A stretch of 64,000 nucleotides of DNA from a virus (taxonomy: Duplodnaviria > Heunggongvirae > Uroviricota > Caudoviricetes): the IMG/VR virus record IMGVR_UViG_3300043436_004750. One strand, written 5' to 3'. Below are positions 16,299 through 27,483 of this stretch, in pieces. Numbering within the stretch: position 1 is the first letter of the stretch; the number at the start of each line of letters is the position of its first letter. The position numbers were made by a program, and so were the translations under genes. The notes below the pieces were generated by a model that had not been told where the DNA came from, searched no databases, and worked only from the letters and a program-made list of their open reading frames with translations.

Positions 16299-16977
16299 AG
16301 ACAATTATTACTTTACACAAGAAACAGAGGATGCAATAGTAAGATATAACGCATCCTCTAATCCTGTTTTACGAGATAAGATATTTCAACAAGAAATATA
16401 TTTCCCTCTTTATAAGTTAGCAGAAAATATTATTCATACTTTTAAATTCTACTACTTAGATGTAAATAGTATAGAGGATTTAAAACTAGATGTAGTAAGT
16501 ATGTTAGTAGAAGAAAAATTACATAGATTTGACTCAACTAACGGGGCTAAAGCGTTTTCATACTTTCAGACAATAGTAAAGAGGTGGCTTATTAATTACA
16601 ATAATAAGAATTATAAGAAATTAAAACAAGTAGGATCTTTTGAAGAGATGGAAGATTCTTATGAAGTAGAAGGTTTACTGGATTCTGAAAGAACAATACC
16701 TCTAGCGACAATAGTGAATTACTTTGTTGAAAGTAGTTACAAAAATATGGTAGAAATCTTCCCTAAAGAGCAGGATCAGAGAGTAGCAGATGCCATACTA
16801 ACCCTATTTAAAACACGTCATGATTTAGAGATCTTCAGAAAAAAAGCTCTATACATCTATATAAGAGAGATGACTGATTGTGAAACTCCTACACTTACAA
16901 GGGTACTATCTAGACTAAAAGAAGAGTTTTATAAAATATATAAAACCTACCAAGATGTAGGATTTACTATTCTATAA
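16279..16977 (+). CDS. sigma-70-family-like protein (putative phage sigma factor)
   Basis: RFDSTNGAKAFSYFQTIVKRWLINY resembles sigma70 region 2.2-2.3 (FDP..G.KFSTYA.WWIRQAI); start could also be 16255. Confidence 0.4.
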   Translation: MAKPQNKDNYYFTQETEDAIVRYNASSNPVLRDKIFQQEIYFPLYKLAENIIHTFKFYYLDVNSIEDLKLDVVSMLVEEKLHRFDSTNGAKAFSYFQTIVKRWLINYNNKNYKKLKQVGSFEEMEDSYEVEGLLDSERTIPLATIVNYFVESSYKNMVEIFPKEQDQRVADAILTLFKTRHDLEIFRKKALYIYIREMTDCETPTLTRVLSRLKEEFYKIYKTYQDVGFTIL

Positions 16978-17010
16978 TATATCTTTCGATATTTATATAA
17001 TAAATAGACT

Positions 17011-17361
17011 ATGGGATTAGATACAACAATTTTCGGGAAAAAGACAGTCTCTGATGTATTAAAAGAGATTTACGATAATTCTAAAAATAAAGAAAAGCAA
17101 ATAAACGCTCTTATTGGAGAATTGAAACCTCTTGTTGAGAACATAGGAGATGCAACTTTAGTTGTTCCTATGATTAAAGAGTATTTAGAGGTAGGAGTAA
17201 AGAATGATGAGCATCTTATTAAAATGGTAGCACTTGTTCAAAGACTTGAAAGTGGAGGGAAAGGGTCTGAAGCAGACTTCTTCAACCCAGAAGAGCTTGC
17301 AAAGCTAATGGAACAGAGTGAAGAGCTAGGAAAACAAATAGATAAAAAAGACGAAGAGTAA
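17011..17361 (+). CDS. hypothetical protein
   Basis: 116-aa ORF, start of structural block. Confidence 0.55.
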   Translation: MGLDTTIFGKKTVSDVLKEIYDNSKNKEKQINALIGELKPLVENIGDATLVVPMIKEYLEVGVKNDEHLIKMVALVQRLESGGKGSEADFFNPEELAKLMEQSEELGKQIDKKDEE

Positions 17362-18515
17362 TGGCTGGAAGTTATTTTCTAGGGAACACTATAAACAGTG
17401 CTGCAAGAGGTAGTACATCCACACCTTTTAATAAATCATCTACGATTTATGGAAGAGTTCTTGATATAGTATTAGATAATAGTAAAATATTAGATGATAC
17501 TCAGGGAAATAAATTACCTATAGGAGCTATTATATACCAAGACATAAACACACCAGCTGATCCTACAGGTATTAGTACTTTTGCTCTACCTTCTACAAAT
17601 AGTGTAAAACAATTTCCACTTATTAATGAGATAGTAATTATACAAACAGGTCCTTCACCAGATTTTCAAGAAAATACAAGTCAGGTACTAAACTACTACT
17701 CTTCAGTGGTAAATATTTGGGGATCTCCACATCATAATGCTCTCCCAACACAAGGAGTAGATTTTCAATTCCCTATAGGACAAGGAATCCCTGAATTAAA
17801 AGATATAAACCCTTTATTTCCATTCCCAGGGGATGTTTTAATAGAAGGAAGACAGGGGCAATCAATTAGGATAGGAGGGTATTCATCAAAAGAAAATCCT
17901 ATTACAAATAGTAGCAATAATGGACAGCCGTTTATTGTTATAAGTAACGGACAAATTAAAACCACTAATGGAATAGATTATATCGTAGAAGATATAAATA
18001 AAGATTCTAATTCCATATATTTTCTCTCAAATCATAAAGTACCATTAAAATCTGCAAACTCTAAAAGAAAATCATACGATACTGAACCTAAAACCTCAGA
18101 TCAATATAAAGGAAATCAAGTACTTATAAACGGAGGAAGGTTATATTTTAATGCAAAAGAGGAAAGTGCTTATATTTCTGCAAAAGAATCTATAGGATTA
18201 AATGCAAAGACATTAAATTTTGATGCTACAGAGTATTTCTGTGTAGATGCTAAAAAAATTCTTCTAGGGGAGAAAGCAAGAACTGCTTCTCCAAGTGTAC
18301 AGCAACCGGTAGTACTCGGTAGACAATTAGAAAACTGGTTAGGAGCATTACTAGACTCACTATCCACTGTAGCAGATGCAATGTCAACAGCTTCTGCTAT
18401 CGGAGCAGGCCCTGTTACTCAACTAAATACAACAGGTCCAGCTTTAAAAGCAACGGTACAGTCTTTAAAAGCACAGTTTAAGTTATTTCAATCCAAAAAA
18501 GTATTTACAGAATAA
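17361..18515 (+). CDS. putative baseplate/tail structural protein
   Basis: 384 aa, ATGA-coupled within structural gene block. Confidence 0.55.
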   Translation: MAGSYFLGNTINSAARGSTSTPFNKSSTIYGRVLDIVLDNSKILDDTQGNKLPIGAIIYQDINTPADPTGISTFALPSTNSVKQFPLINEIVIIQTGPSPDFQENTSQVLNYYSSVVNIWGSPHHNALPTQGVDFQFPIGQGIPELKDINPLFPFPGDVLIEGRQGQSIRIGGYSSKENPITNSSNNGQPFIVISNGQIKTTNGIDYIVEDINKDSNSIYFLSNHKVPLKSANSKRKSYDTEPKTSDQYKGNQVLINGGRLYFNAKEESAYISAKESIGLNAKTLNFDATEYFCVDAKKILLGEKARTASPSVQQPVVLGRQLENWLGALLDSLSTVADAMSTASAIGAGPVTQLNTTGPALKATVQSLKAQFKLFQSKKVFTE

Positions 18516-19306
18516 TGGCAAGACTACCGCAAATATCAGGAATTATAGCAAGACAAGTAGGTAGTATACAGGGTAAAGTATCTGCACAAGTTCAAGATAG
18601 GGTTTTAGAGATATTATCAAAATTTACAAGCCAATGCCCTACAGGTAGAGAGTTGCAAAATATAATTAAACAGAGAGCTAACCTGCTAAAAGTAATAAAC
18701 TCCTTTGAAAAAAGAATTACTCCACTGAAAGCAACAGCAGATAAGTTAAGTATTGCAATAACAGCAGCAAGAGTACTTACACGTCTATTAAAAGCCACAC
18801 CACTACCCACTACCCTAGGTACACCACCAGGCCCAGCAGGAGGAGTTATTTTTAGTTTAAGTGTAGGTAAGGTAGTCACAGTAGGAGATAGGTTAGCAAC
18901 AATAAACAAAATACTCGATTCCCTAGAGGCAGATAAGGTAGGCATACTAGGAGTTGTAGATTCAGTCTCTTCTACATTAACTTCTTTAAAAAACAGACTA
19001 AATGCAATTGATCTAGCAATTCAAGAATGTAGTAAAGAATCCCCAGACCTACCAGAAATACTAGCAACTACACAACCAAAAGAAAACACAGGTTCAGAAG
19101 GAACACCTGATGCAAATTACGAATATAAAGGATATACCCTAGCAATTATACAAGATCCAAACTCACCTCAAATAGCACCAAGAAGGTATGCTGTAGCAAG
19201 AGATAGAAGAGGAATTGTAGTGTTAAAAGGGCAACCGTCTTTTAGTTCTTCTGTGGACGTATTATTAGATGAAATTAAATTTAGGATAGATAATCAATTA
19301 GCATAA
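18515..19306 (+). CDS. putative structural protein
   Basis: 263 aa, translationally coupled. Confidence 0.55.
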   Translation: MARLPQISGIIARQVGSIQGKVSAQVQDRVLEILSKFTSQCPTGRELQNIIKQRANLLKVINSFEKRITPLKATADKLSIAITAARVLTRLLKATPLPTTLGTPPGPAGGVIFSLSVGKVVTVGDRLATINKILDSLEADKVGILGVVDSVSSTLTSLKNRLNAIDLAIQECSKESPDLPEILATTQPKENTGSEGTPDANYEYKGYTLAIIQDPNSPQIAPRRYAVARDRRGIVVLKGQPSFSSSVDVLLDEIKFRIDNQLA

Positions 19307-19323
19307 CATAACTATTTATTAAT

Positions 19324-19743
19324 ATGAAGGTAGAACTTTTTATAAAATTGATAAAGGAAGCAGTAAGAGAGGTAGTTCGAGAAGAACTTCCTACCCTTCT
19401 TTCTGAGAATTTTAGTCAAACAAAAACAACAGCACCAACAGTACAGCAGGTTACTAAGTACGAAAAGTATACACCGACTAGAACAAGACCTGTAAGAACA
19501 GGAGATCCAATTATGGATATCTTAAATGAAACAAGAGCTTCAATGACACAGGAATCGTATAGAGACCTAGTAAGTGCAACTTCTGATATAGTACAAGCAC
19601 CAGGATTAGGTATGAACATAGAAACAAACTTTCCTTCAGGACCGGCACCAGGATTAGATTTAAGCAGTTTAAGTTTCGTTAAGAATGCAGGAGCAGTTTA
19701 CAAAGCATCAGTAGAAAAAGATAAAGCAAGATTCGGAGGATAA
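19324..19743 (+). CDS. putative structural protein
   Basis: 139-aa ORF. Confidence 0.5.
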   Translation: MKVELFIKLIKEAVREVVREELPTLLSENFSQTKTTAPTVQQVTKYEKYTPTRTRPVRTGDPIMDILNETRASMTQESYRDLVSATSDIVQAPGLGMNIETNFPSGPAPGLDLSSLSFVKNAGAVYKASVEKDKARFGG

Positions 19744-20153
19744 TGGCATTTAACGTACAGCAGATAAATCCACTAGATCTACAACCAAGTGTTGGAGTAG
19801 GTGTAAGTATACCTTTTACATCAGATCAAGTATTTACAACCACTTATACAACACGGGATGCAATAAAGGTAAATCTTATAAACTATCTCTTAACAGAACA
19901 AGGAGAGAGGTTTCTTAACCCAGAAGTAGGTGCAGGATTAAGGCAATTTATTTTTGGACAAAATACAGAAGATACTTCTGAAAGTGTTAAAGAAGTTGTA
20001 CAAGCAGGGATTGACAGATGGTTCCCTAACATAACAGTAAATCAGCTAACTACACAACCATCACCAGATACAAATACGTTTACGTTATATATAAATTATA
20101 GTATAAACTTGACAAATATACAGGATGAATTGTTAATAAATTTTGAACAATAA
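19743..20153 (+). CDS. gp25-like baseplate wedge protein (GPW/gp25 family)
   Basis: 136 aa; LINYLLTEQGERFLNPEVGAGL...AGIDRWFPNITV pattern typical of gp25/GpW. Confidence 0.5.
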   Translation: MAFNVQQINPLDLQPSVGVGVSIPFTSDQVFTTTYTTRDAIKVNLINYLLTEQGERFLNPEVGAGLRQFIFGQNTEDTSESVKEVVQAGIDRWFPNITVNQLTTQPSPDTNTFTLYINYSINLTNIQDELLINFEQ

Positions 20154-21952
20154 TGGCTCAAGATAGAGATATAAAATATACAGGAAGGGATTTTACAGAT
20201 TTAAGATCTGAGTTAATTGAATATGCAAAAAACTATTTCCCTAACACTTACAATGACTTTACACCTACCTCACCAGGTATGATGTTTATAGAGATGGCTG
20301 CTTATGTAGGAGATATTTTATCTTTCTATCAAGATCTACAACTACAAGAGACATATTTACAGTATGCAAAAGATCCTGTAAACTTATTTAATCTTGCATA
20401 CATGATGGGATATCGTCCGAAAATAACTACAGCAGCTGAAGCTACTATAGAAGTATCACAAGTAGTTGGAGCTATAGCAGGTCAACCAGATTGGACAGAA
20501 GCTTTACAAATAAGTGCAGGAATACAGCTTAGCTCAACAACCTCAGGACAAACTAAATTTTATATAGATACACCAATTGATTTTACTTTTTCAAGTTCAT
20601 ACGATACTACAGATATTACTGTTGAATCTATAAACGAAACATCTCCTGATCAATTTAGGCTAACAAAGACAAGAAAAGCATATTCAGGGGAAGTTAAAAC
20701 AATTACTCAACAAATTACAACTGCAGAAAAATTTAAAACAATTGTAATTGATGATGCAAATATAATAGGAATTTTATCGATAAAAGATAGTAACAATAAT
20801 ACATGGTACGAGGTGCCGTTTTTAGGTCAAGATACAGTTTTTGTAGATGATGATAATAATTCATCGGATAGTAGATTAGTTCCATACAACCTAGTATTAC
20901 AGAGGGTTCCTAGGAGATTTACTACAAGATTTACAGCAACAGGGCAATTACAAATACAGTTTGGAGCAGGGATTACAGGTCAAAACGACGAAGTACTAAC
21001 ACCAGATCCTACTAATGTAGGGTTAGGAACATCTCAAGGAATCTCTAGAATCGATTATGCATATGATCCTAGTAACTTCCTACACACCCAGACATATGGA
21101 TTAGCTCCTTCAAATACAACTTTAACAATCACCTACTTAATAGGAGGAGGCGTGACCGCCAACGCACCAGCAAACACTATTACAGATCTAATTAGCGCAG
21201 TAGTTGATCCAACAAATTCACTAACATTTAATAACCCAGAAGCAGCATCAGGAGGAAAAGACGGAGATACAGTAGAGGAATTAAGACAAAATACTTTAAG
21301 AGCATTTAACGAACAAGGAAGGGCAGTTACTTTACAGGATTATACAGTTCGTGCTCTATCCCTACCATCTAAGTATGGATCGATAGGGAAAGTATATATC
21401 ACTCAAGACCAGATAATGAACCCTAACTCAACAACAGACAGTATTATAGATAGCAATCCACTTTCTCTATCACTATACGCTTTAGCATATGATATTAATA
21501 GAAATTTAATACAAACCTCACCTACTCTAAAAAACAACCTAAAGAAATATCTAGCTGAGTATATGATATTAACAGATACAATTAACATAAAAGATGCTTT
21601 TGTAATAAACATAGAAGTACAGTACGATATAATAACTAAACCTAACTTCCTAGGTAGAGATGTATTACTTCAATGTAACCTATTACTTCAAGACTATTTT
21701 AATATAAAGAATTGGAATATAAATCAACCGATAAATACTTCAAGGATATATACACTACTCGATCAAATACCAGGAGTACAGACAGTTCAAAAAATACAAA
21801 TAAATAACCTATCAGGAGGAAACTACTCAGAATATGTATATGATATAAATGGAGCTACTAGAAACAATGTAGTATACCCTTCATATGATCCTATGATTTT
21901 TGAAGTAAAATTCCCAACCACAGATATCAAAGGAAGAATAACAACATTATAG
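20153..21952 (+). CDS. baseplate J/gp6-like protein
   Basis: 599 aa directly after gp25-like gene (conserved W-J order). Confidence 0.4.
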   Translation: MAQDRDIKYTGRDFTDLRSELIEYAKNYFPNTYNDFTPTSPGMMFIEMAAYVGDILSFYQDLQLQETYLQYAKDPVNLFNLAYMMGYRPKITTAAEATIEVSQVVGAIAGQPDWTEALQISAGIQLSSTTSGQTKFYIDTPIDFTFSSSYDTTDITVESINETSPDQFRLTKTRKAYSGEVKTITQQITTAEKFKTIVIDDANIIGILSIKDSNNNTWYEVPFLGQDTVFVDDDNNSSDSRLVPYNLVLQRVPRRFTTRFTATGQLQIQFGAGITGQNDEVLTPDPTNVGLGTSQGISRIDYAYDPSNFLHTQTYGLAPSNTTLTITYLIGGGVTANAPANTITDLISAVVDPTNSLTFNNPEAASGGKDGDTVEELRQNTLRAFNEQGRAVTLQDYTVRALSLPSKYGSIGKVYITQDQIMNPNSTTDSIIDSNPLSLSLYALAYDINRNLIQTSPTLKNNLKKYLAEYMILTDTINIKDAFVINIEVQYDIITKPNFLGRDVLLQCNLLLQDYFNIKNWNINQPINTSRIYTLLDQIPGVQTVQKIQINNLSGGNYSEYVYDINGATRNNVVYPSYDPMIFEVKFPTTDIKGRITTL

Positions 21953-21953
21953 T

Positions 21954-23072
21954 ATGGCAGTATATAGAATATTTCCCGAGAAAGATACATTTATCTTTAG
22001 CGAAGTTTCCTCATCAAATGCAGGATTAGATGAAATAATCGAAGTAGGAGGGTACTACGATGTTACCGGAACAGGGGAAGCAAGCCGTATTCTTATACAG
22101 TTTAGTTCTACTGAAATTGCTGATATTGTTAACAATAAGATAGGGGATGATAACTATAGTGCATCATTAGGTATATACCTTGCTGATGCTTATCAAATCC
22201 CTGTAAGTACTACTATATATACCTATCCGGTATATTCCTCTATAGGAGAATGGGATAACGGTACCGGTAAATACGGAGATACACCGGTAAATACATCAGG
22301 AGTTTCTTGGTCTTATCAGAAATCAGGATTAGGAACACCTTGGCTAACATCCTTCTACCCAGTAGGAGTAACTGCATCATTCTCAGGATCAAGACCAGGA
22401 GGAGGAAACTGGTATACAGCTTCAGGAGCAACCAGTCTTGAATTCACTCAATCAAATCCTATGAATTCTACATATGATATTGATATAAATGTAACACCAG
22501 TTGTAAAGCTATGGACATCAGGAACAATTGATAATAGCGGATTTATAGTAAAACTGCCTAATAACTTAGAGTTTAATACAACTTCCTCTATAAGACTAAA
22601 ATACTATAGTGCAGACACAAATACAATATATCCTCCTTATTTAGATTTTAAATGGGATGACAGTGTTTATAGTACAGGAAGTCTTTCTATCCTCACAAAT
22701 AGTATATCAACTATTAACATTACAAACAATACTGGGAAGTATACAAACTCAGGAAAACAAAGATTTAGAATTTCAGCAAAACCAAAATACCCGGTAAGAA
22801 CATTTACAACTTCTTCAGTATATTTAACAAACTTTGCTCTACCTTCAGGATCATACTGGGGAATAAGGGATGAAAATACAGAGGAGATGCTTATAGATTT
22901 CGATACTAGTTTTACAAAGATAAGTTGCGATAGTCAAGGAGGGTATTTTGATGTATATATGGATGGCTTGCAACCTGAAAGATATTATCGTATATTAATA
23001 AAAACAATTTTAGACGGAAGCACTACAGTAGTAGATAATCAAAATATATTTAAAGTAATAAGAAATGGCTAA
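21954..23072 (+). CDS. putative baseplate/tail protein
   Basis: 372 aa. Confidence 0.5.
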   Translation: MAVYRIFPEKDTFIFSEVSSSNAGLDEIIEVGGYYDVTGTGEASRILIQFSSTEIADIVNNKIGDDNYSASLGIYLADAYQIPVSTTIYTYPVYSSIGEWDNGTGKYGDTPVNTSGVSWSYQKSGLGTPWLTSFYPVGVTASFSGSRPGGGNWYTASGATSLEFTQSNPMNSTYDIDINVTPVVKLWTSGTIDNSGFIVKLPNNLEFNTTSSIRLKYYSADTNTIYPPYLDFKWDDSVYSTGSLSILTNSISTINITNNTGKYTNSGKQRFRISAKPKYPVRTFTTSSVYLTNFALPSGSYWGIRDENTEEMLIDFDTSFTKISCDSQGGYFDVYMDGLQPERYYRILIKTILDGSTTVVDNQNIFKVIRNG

Positions 23073-23403
23073 CGATGTGCAAATACAAAAGACAGTCTTT
23101 AATTCAACTGAGTTCGGAAAAGTAATAAATAGAAATTTCACTACATTTACACAACCTGTACCAGAAGAGGATACAGATACTGTAGATGAACTTTTTAGAT
23201 TATATGAAAAATTATACTTCGTTATAGATATAGAAGGAGAAACAAACTCACACGAATACCTAATAAGAAGAAGTTCAGAATTAGTAAATTTTGAAGCAAA
23301 TACAGAAGAAATACAGCCATTATTAGATGAAATTGCGCAATTAAGAGAACAGCTTTTACAAGCTAATCAACAAATTTTAGATTTAGAAACAACTACTACA
23401 TAA
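23065..23403 (+). CDS. coiled-coil protein
   Basis: 112 aa. Confidence 0.5.
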   Translation: MANDVQIQKTVFNSTEFGKVINRNFTTFTQPVPEEDTDTVDELFRLYEKLYFVIDIEGETNSHEYLIRRSSELVNFEANTEEIQPLLDEIAQLREQLLQANQQILDLETTTT

Positions 23404-26400
23404 TGGCAAACATTACATATACAGTCAATCAAGATACACCTCAAAGTATACCAACTGTAGAAACGTTTTCACAACAGGATAATAACTTAGTAAGTTCTTT
23501 TCAGATTAACCAACTATTTGATAGTACGAAAAATACTGTCGAACTACATATATACAATCTTGCAGGAGAACTACAGCAAAGTGTTTACCGTTATACTAAT
23601 TATAAAGAGTTAGGTAACGCAGCATCAGCAGGAAGAGAAGGAGCTTCAGTATTAACTATAGATCCTATTGCAGATGTAGAATTATATGGATACGATACAG
23701 GAGAAGTTAAGTTATTCTACAACTTTATAAACAACCTATTCTCAGAAGACAAAACATCTCCACAATTTTTTATTGATTCGATATCAGCAGATAGAACAGA
23801 ATTAAAGTTAAACACTTTAGAGAGAAGTCCTGAACAATTAATTAATTATGTAAATAGAATAAAAGATAGTTTACAGAATCGATCTTATTTCGATGGATTT
23901 AGATTAAATTTTGGACTCAATCTACTTATTATAGGATTGAATATCGATATTCTTCAAGAGAATGGGAATACATTTGTAGTAGTTAAGTTATATGAATCTC
24001 TGCCGGAAGATATTGAAGAAAAAACTACCTTAACAATTGTAGAGCTAATTAGCGATAGTATAGTTTACGAAGTACAGAGCAATATAGAAATAGACCCAGA
24101 AATACCTACAACATTAAAAGCTCCTAATTTTGATCTAGATATTACAGATGAAAGCATAATACCTACAGGATATTATAATTACGATACTCTATTTAGCCTA
24201 CCTATATCCAACACTACTAACGAACTATATTCTATAGTAAACACCAAAGGAGTACAACTTAGTATAGATCATACAGATTATAGAAATTTTATTCACTTTT
24301 CTTCTGCACAAGAAAGATTATTAAATTTTAAATATAAATTAGATTTAATACAATCATATACAGTACAAATAAACTCTATTAACACAATAACAACTTCTTC
24401 TTTAGGAACTACAGGAAGTCTTGCATATTACGAAAGTTTAGTAAAAGGTATAGTAAACAATTTCGATCACTACGAAAGATTCTTATATTACGAATCAGGA
24501 AGTGATAGCTGGCCAAAAACAAACAGTACAAAACCGTATATAAACGATACAACCTCCGTAGGAGATACATGGTTTGACAACAAACAAACCGTAGCTGCTA
24601 CATATGATGCTACAAACACTAGTATATTGATAGACAGCATACCTACATACCTTAGAGATGATACTAATAATGCTAGTTATATAACTTTTATTCATATGAT
24701 TGGTCAACACTTTGACAATATGTGGATATATGCAAAAGGAGTATCAGATAAGTACGATGCAGATAATAGACTTGATTTCGGTATTTCAAAAGACTTGGTA
24801 GCAGAAGTATTAAAGAATTTTGGAGTAAAATTATATACTTCAAATAAATCAATAGAAGACTTATTTTCAACTTTTATAGGACAAGCATACCAATCAGGTA
24901 GTGAGGTAATAAATACCTACGTAACAGGATCAGTATCAGGTTCAAACACAACGATACAACCATCCTCATTTGATAATTACCAAAAAGAGATTCAAAAAAG
25001 AATTTATCACAACCTCCCACTACTATTAAAATCAAAAGGGACTGAAAGAGGTTTAAGAGCATTAATAAACTGCTTTGGTATACCTTCAGACATTCTTAAT
25101 ATAAAAATTTACGGAGGTAGAGATACAAATGAAAGACCATTCTACGGGGACTACCAACACTATACCAGTTCTTTAGATAAAATAAGACTAGACAATACAG
25201 GAAGTCTTATATCAGGCAGTACTCTATCAAGTTATACATCTATAATAAAAAGGGATAATAAATATACAGACGATTTACATCCAATTGAAGTAGGATTTTC
25301 ACCAACAGATAATGTAAATAACTATATTATCTCAAAATCACTTTCAACAGGTTTATCATCTTTTAATATAGATGATTATATAGGAGATCCAAGAAACCTA
25401 ACATCGGATAACTACGGATTATTAAATAGTTCTGGAAATCTAACAAATACATTGTCACAGTTAACAGATCAAATTATGAGTAGTTCAAATGCTTATAATG
25501 TATATGATTATGTTAGGTTGATAAAATTCTATGACAATACAATATTTAAGATGGTTAAGGATTTTATACCTGCAAGATCTATAGCAGATACGGGTATAAT
25601 TATTAAACCGCATTTATTACAAAGAAATAAAGCTAAATCACCATCCTTATCAGGATCAAGACCGGAACATTCAGGATCAATCGATACAGCATTTATAGAA
25701 AGTAGTGATGGTGATACTTTTGGAGCAGCATATACATATATAACATCATATACAGCATCAGTACAAACCCCTAGAGGGTTAAGGGACTACTTAGGTAATA
25801 ATAACGAACAACCTAAATACAATGGGGAATTTAGCGGTAGTCTAATAAATATATCAAACGGAGAACTTAACAGTAATAATCCATATAAAAACCAAATACC
25901 AGGAGGGTATAATTTTGGGAGCATACAGTATGTGAGTTCTTCAAACGAAATATGCTTATTAAGTGTAAATAGTAGTGATCCGTTAATTATTACTTCATCA
26001 ACTTTCCAACTAACAAAGGATTATTTATTTAATTTTACAAGACAAGCAACAGTATACAGCACATCAAGTACTGCTAATATAACAGGATCAGGAACACCAG
26101 GAAACCCATATTCACCAACAACACTTCCATTTGACTTATCTGGATATGGAAATTATGATCAATTCTATATATCAGCTTCAAGTGTAGATATTAATCCACA
26201 GCCTTGTTCTGCTTCAATTTTAATAAGATTTGCAACCTGTAGCTTAGGAGTATCCACAGCAGGGAGTATTGTAAGTAGTGTTAGACAGGGTACTGTAGTC
26301 CCGACAACAAATATATCAAACTGGTTTAACATACATCCACTACAGACACAGGTACAGTATACTGCATCATATAACTCAACAGAGGAGGGAATACCAAATC

Positions 26401-27473
26401 CACAAGCATATGCCTTTACACAACCAGAAGGAACAAATGTAACTATAACAGTAGTAGATACATATTCAAGTAACTGTCAAGCATCGGTAACAGTTTATGT
26501 AGGAGAGTGTACCTACTCAACAATATCAACAGGATCTTTACCACAAGGTTTGGAGTTTGAATTTAGCGAGTATAGATATCTAGACACTCAAATCCTAATA
26601 CCAGACGGAGGATCTGGAGTAGGTATATATAACCAAGGATCAATAGTACTTAACGGAACAGTATTCAATCCCTACGGAGTACCAGTAGATACTAATATAG
26701 GATTTAGACCAAAATATTTACAATTACCAAGAACTACACCAACCACCCAATACGGAACACCACCTAATACATACCAGATACAACCAGATAAAGATAGAGG
26801 TATACAGTCATATTTCTCACCATACTCTCCAATAACAGAGCAAGGGTTAATAATACCAAGTAATATAGTATTCAATGTATATACTATTATGAACGATCCA
26901 TTTGGAAATTTAGCAGACGAAGGAAAGTATGTACACACAACAACAAACCCTATAGGAACAGATAATTATATCGCCTACCTTACCTACAGACAAATAGATA
27001 CAACGTACCTAAATACAGATACAGGAAATGCTATCTTAACTGCTTTAGAAGCTGCATTAGTATTTCCAACAGACCCTGATATAGCAGGACCTACCTCACT
27101 ATATACACAGTTACGTCCAATATACTTTGTAACACCACCAATAAATGTACTAGGTGATATACCCTTTACTACCAACCAGACTATAAACACGCCTACCGAT
27201 ACACTTACAATCAGAGAGAAATATCCAGTAGCATACCACATACAGGGGGTAACAACAGGAGAAGGAGTACCTTGTACAGGAGGTATAACAATATACCCAC
27301 GTCATCAGGTATTTCCACAATTAACACCATCATCAAAACAAAGTGGTATTTCTGCCCCAGATTTTACCTTTGTAAATAAGTCAGTGTTTGTAGACATAAG
27401 TCAGGTAGTATGGGGAGAAACCCCCATAGGAGCACCACTACCAATAACAATACCAATTAGAAAAAGAGCATAA
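23403..27473 (+). CDS. giant tail/baseplate protein (1356 aa)
   Basis: Single uninterrupted ORF; Ser/Thr/Asn-rich. Confidence 0.65.
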   Translation: MANITYTVNQDTPQSIPTVETFSQQDNNLVSSFQINQLFDSTKNTVELHIYNLAGELQQSVYRYTNYKELGNAASAGREGASVLTIDPIADVELYGYDTGEVKLFYNFINNLFSEDKTSPQFFIDSISADRTELKLNTLERSPEQLINYVNRIKDSLQNRSYFDGFRLNFGLNLLIIGLNIDILQENGNTFVVVKLYESLPEDIEEKTTLTIVELISDSIVYEVQSNIEIDPEIPTTLKAPNFDLDITDESIIPTGYYNYDTLFSLPISNTTNELYSIVNTKGVQLSIDHTDYRNFIHFSSAQERLLNFKYKLDLIQSYTVQINSINTITTSSLGTTGSLAYYESLVKGIVNNFDHYERFLYYESGSDSWPKTNSTKPYINDTTSVGDTWFDNKQTVAATYDATNTSILIDSIPTYLRDDTNNASYITFIHMIGQHFDNMWIYAKGVSDKYDADNRLDFGISKDLVAEVLKNFGVKLYTSNKSIEDLFSTFIGQAYQSGSEVINTYVTGSVSGSNTTIQPSSFDNYQKEIQKRIYHNLPLLLKSKGTERGLRALINCFGIPSDILNIKIYGGRDTNERPFYGDYQHYTSSLDKIRLDNTGSLISGSTLSSYTSIIKRDNKYTDDLHPIEVGFSPTDNVNNYIISKSLSTGLSSFNIDDYIGDPRNLTSDNYGLLNSSGNLTNTLSQLTDQIMSSSNAYNVYDYVRLIKFYDNTIFKMVKDFIPARSIADTGIIIKPHLLQRNKAKSPSLSGSRPEHSGSIDTAFIESSDGDTFGAAYTYITSYTASVQTPRGLRDYLGNNNEQPKYNGEFSGSLINISNGELNSNNPYKNQIPGGYNFGSIQYVSSSNEICLLSVNSSDPLIITSSTFQLTKDYLFNFTRQATVYSTSSTANITGSGTPGNPYSPTTLPFDLSGYGNYDQFYISASSVDINPQPCSASILIRFATCSLGVSTAGSIVSSVRQGTVVPTTNISNWFNIHPLQTQVQYTASYNSTEEGIPNPQAYAFTQPEGTNVTITVVDTYSSNCQASVTVYVGECTYSTISTGSLPQGLEFEFSEYRYLDTQILIPDGGSGVGIYNQGSIVLNGTVFNPYGVPVDTNIGFRPKYLQLPRTTPTTQYGTPPNTYQIQPDKDRGIQSYFSPYSPITEQGLIIPSNIVFNVYTIMNDPFGNLADEGKYVHTTTNPIGTDNYIAYLTYRQIDTTYLNTDTGNAILTALEAALVFPTDPDIAGPTSLYTQLRPIYFVTPPINVLGDIPFTTNQTINTPTDTLTIREKYPVAYHIQGVTTGEGVPCTGGITIYPRHQVFPQLTPSSKQSGISAPDFTFVNKSVFVDISQVVWGETPIGAPLPITIPIRKRA

Positions 27474-27483
27474 AATAAGTAAC

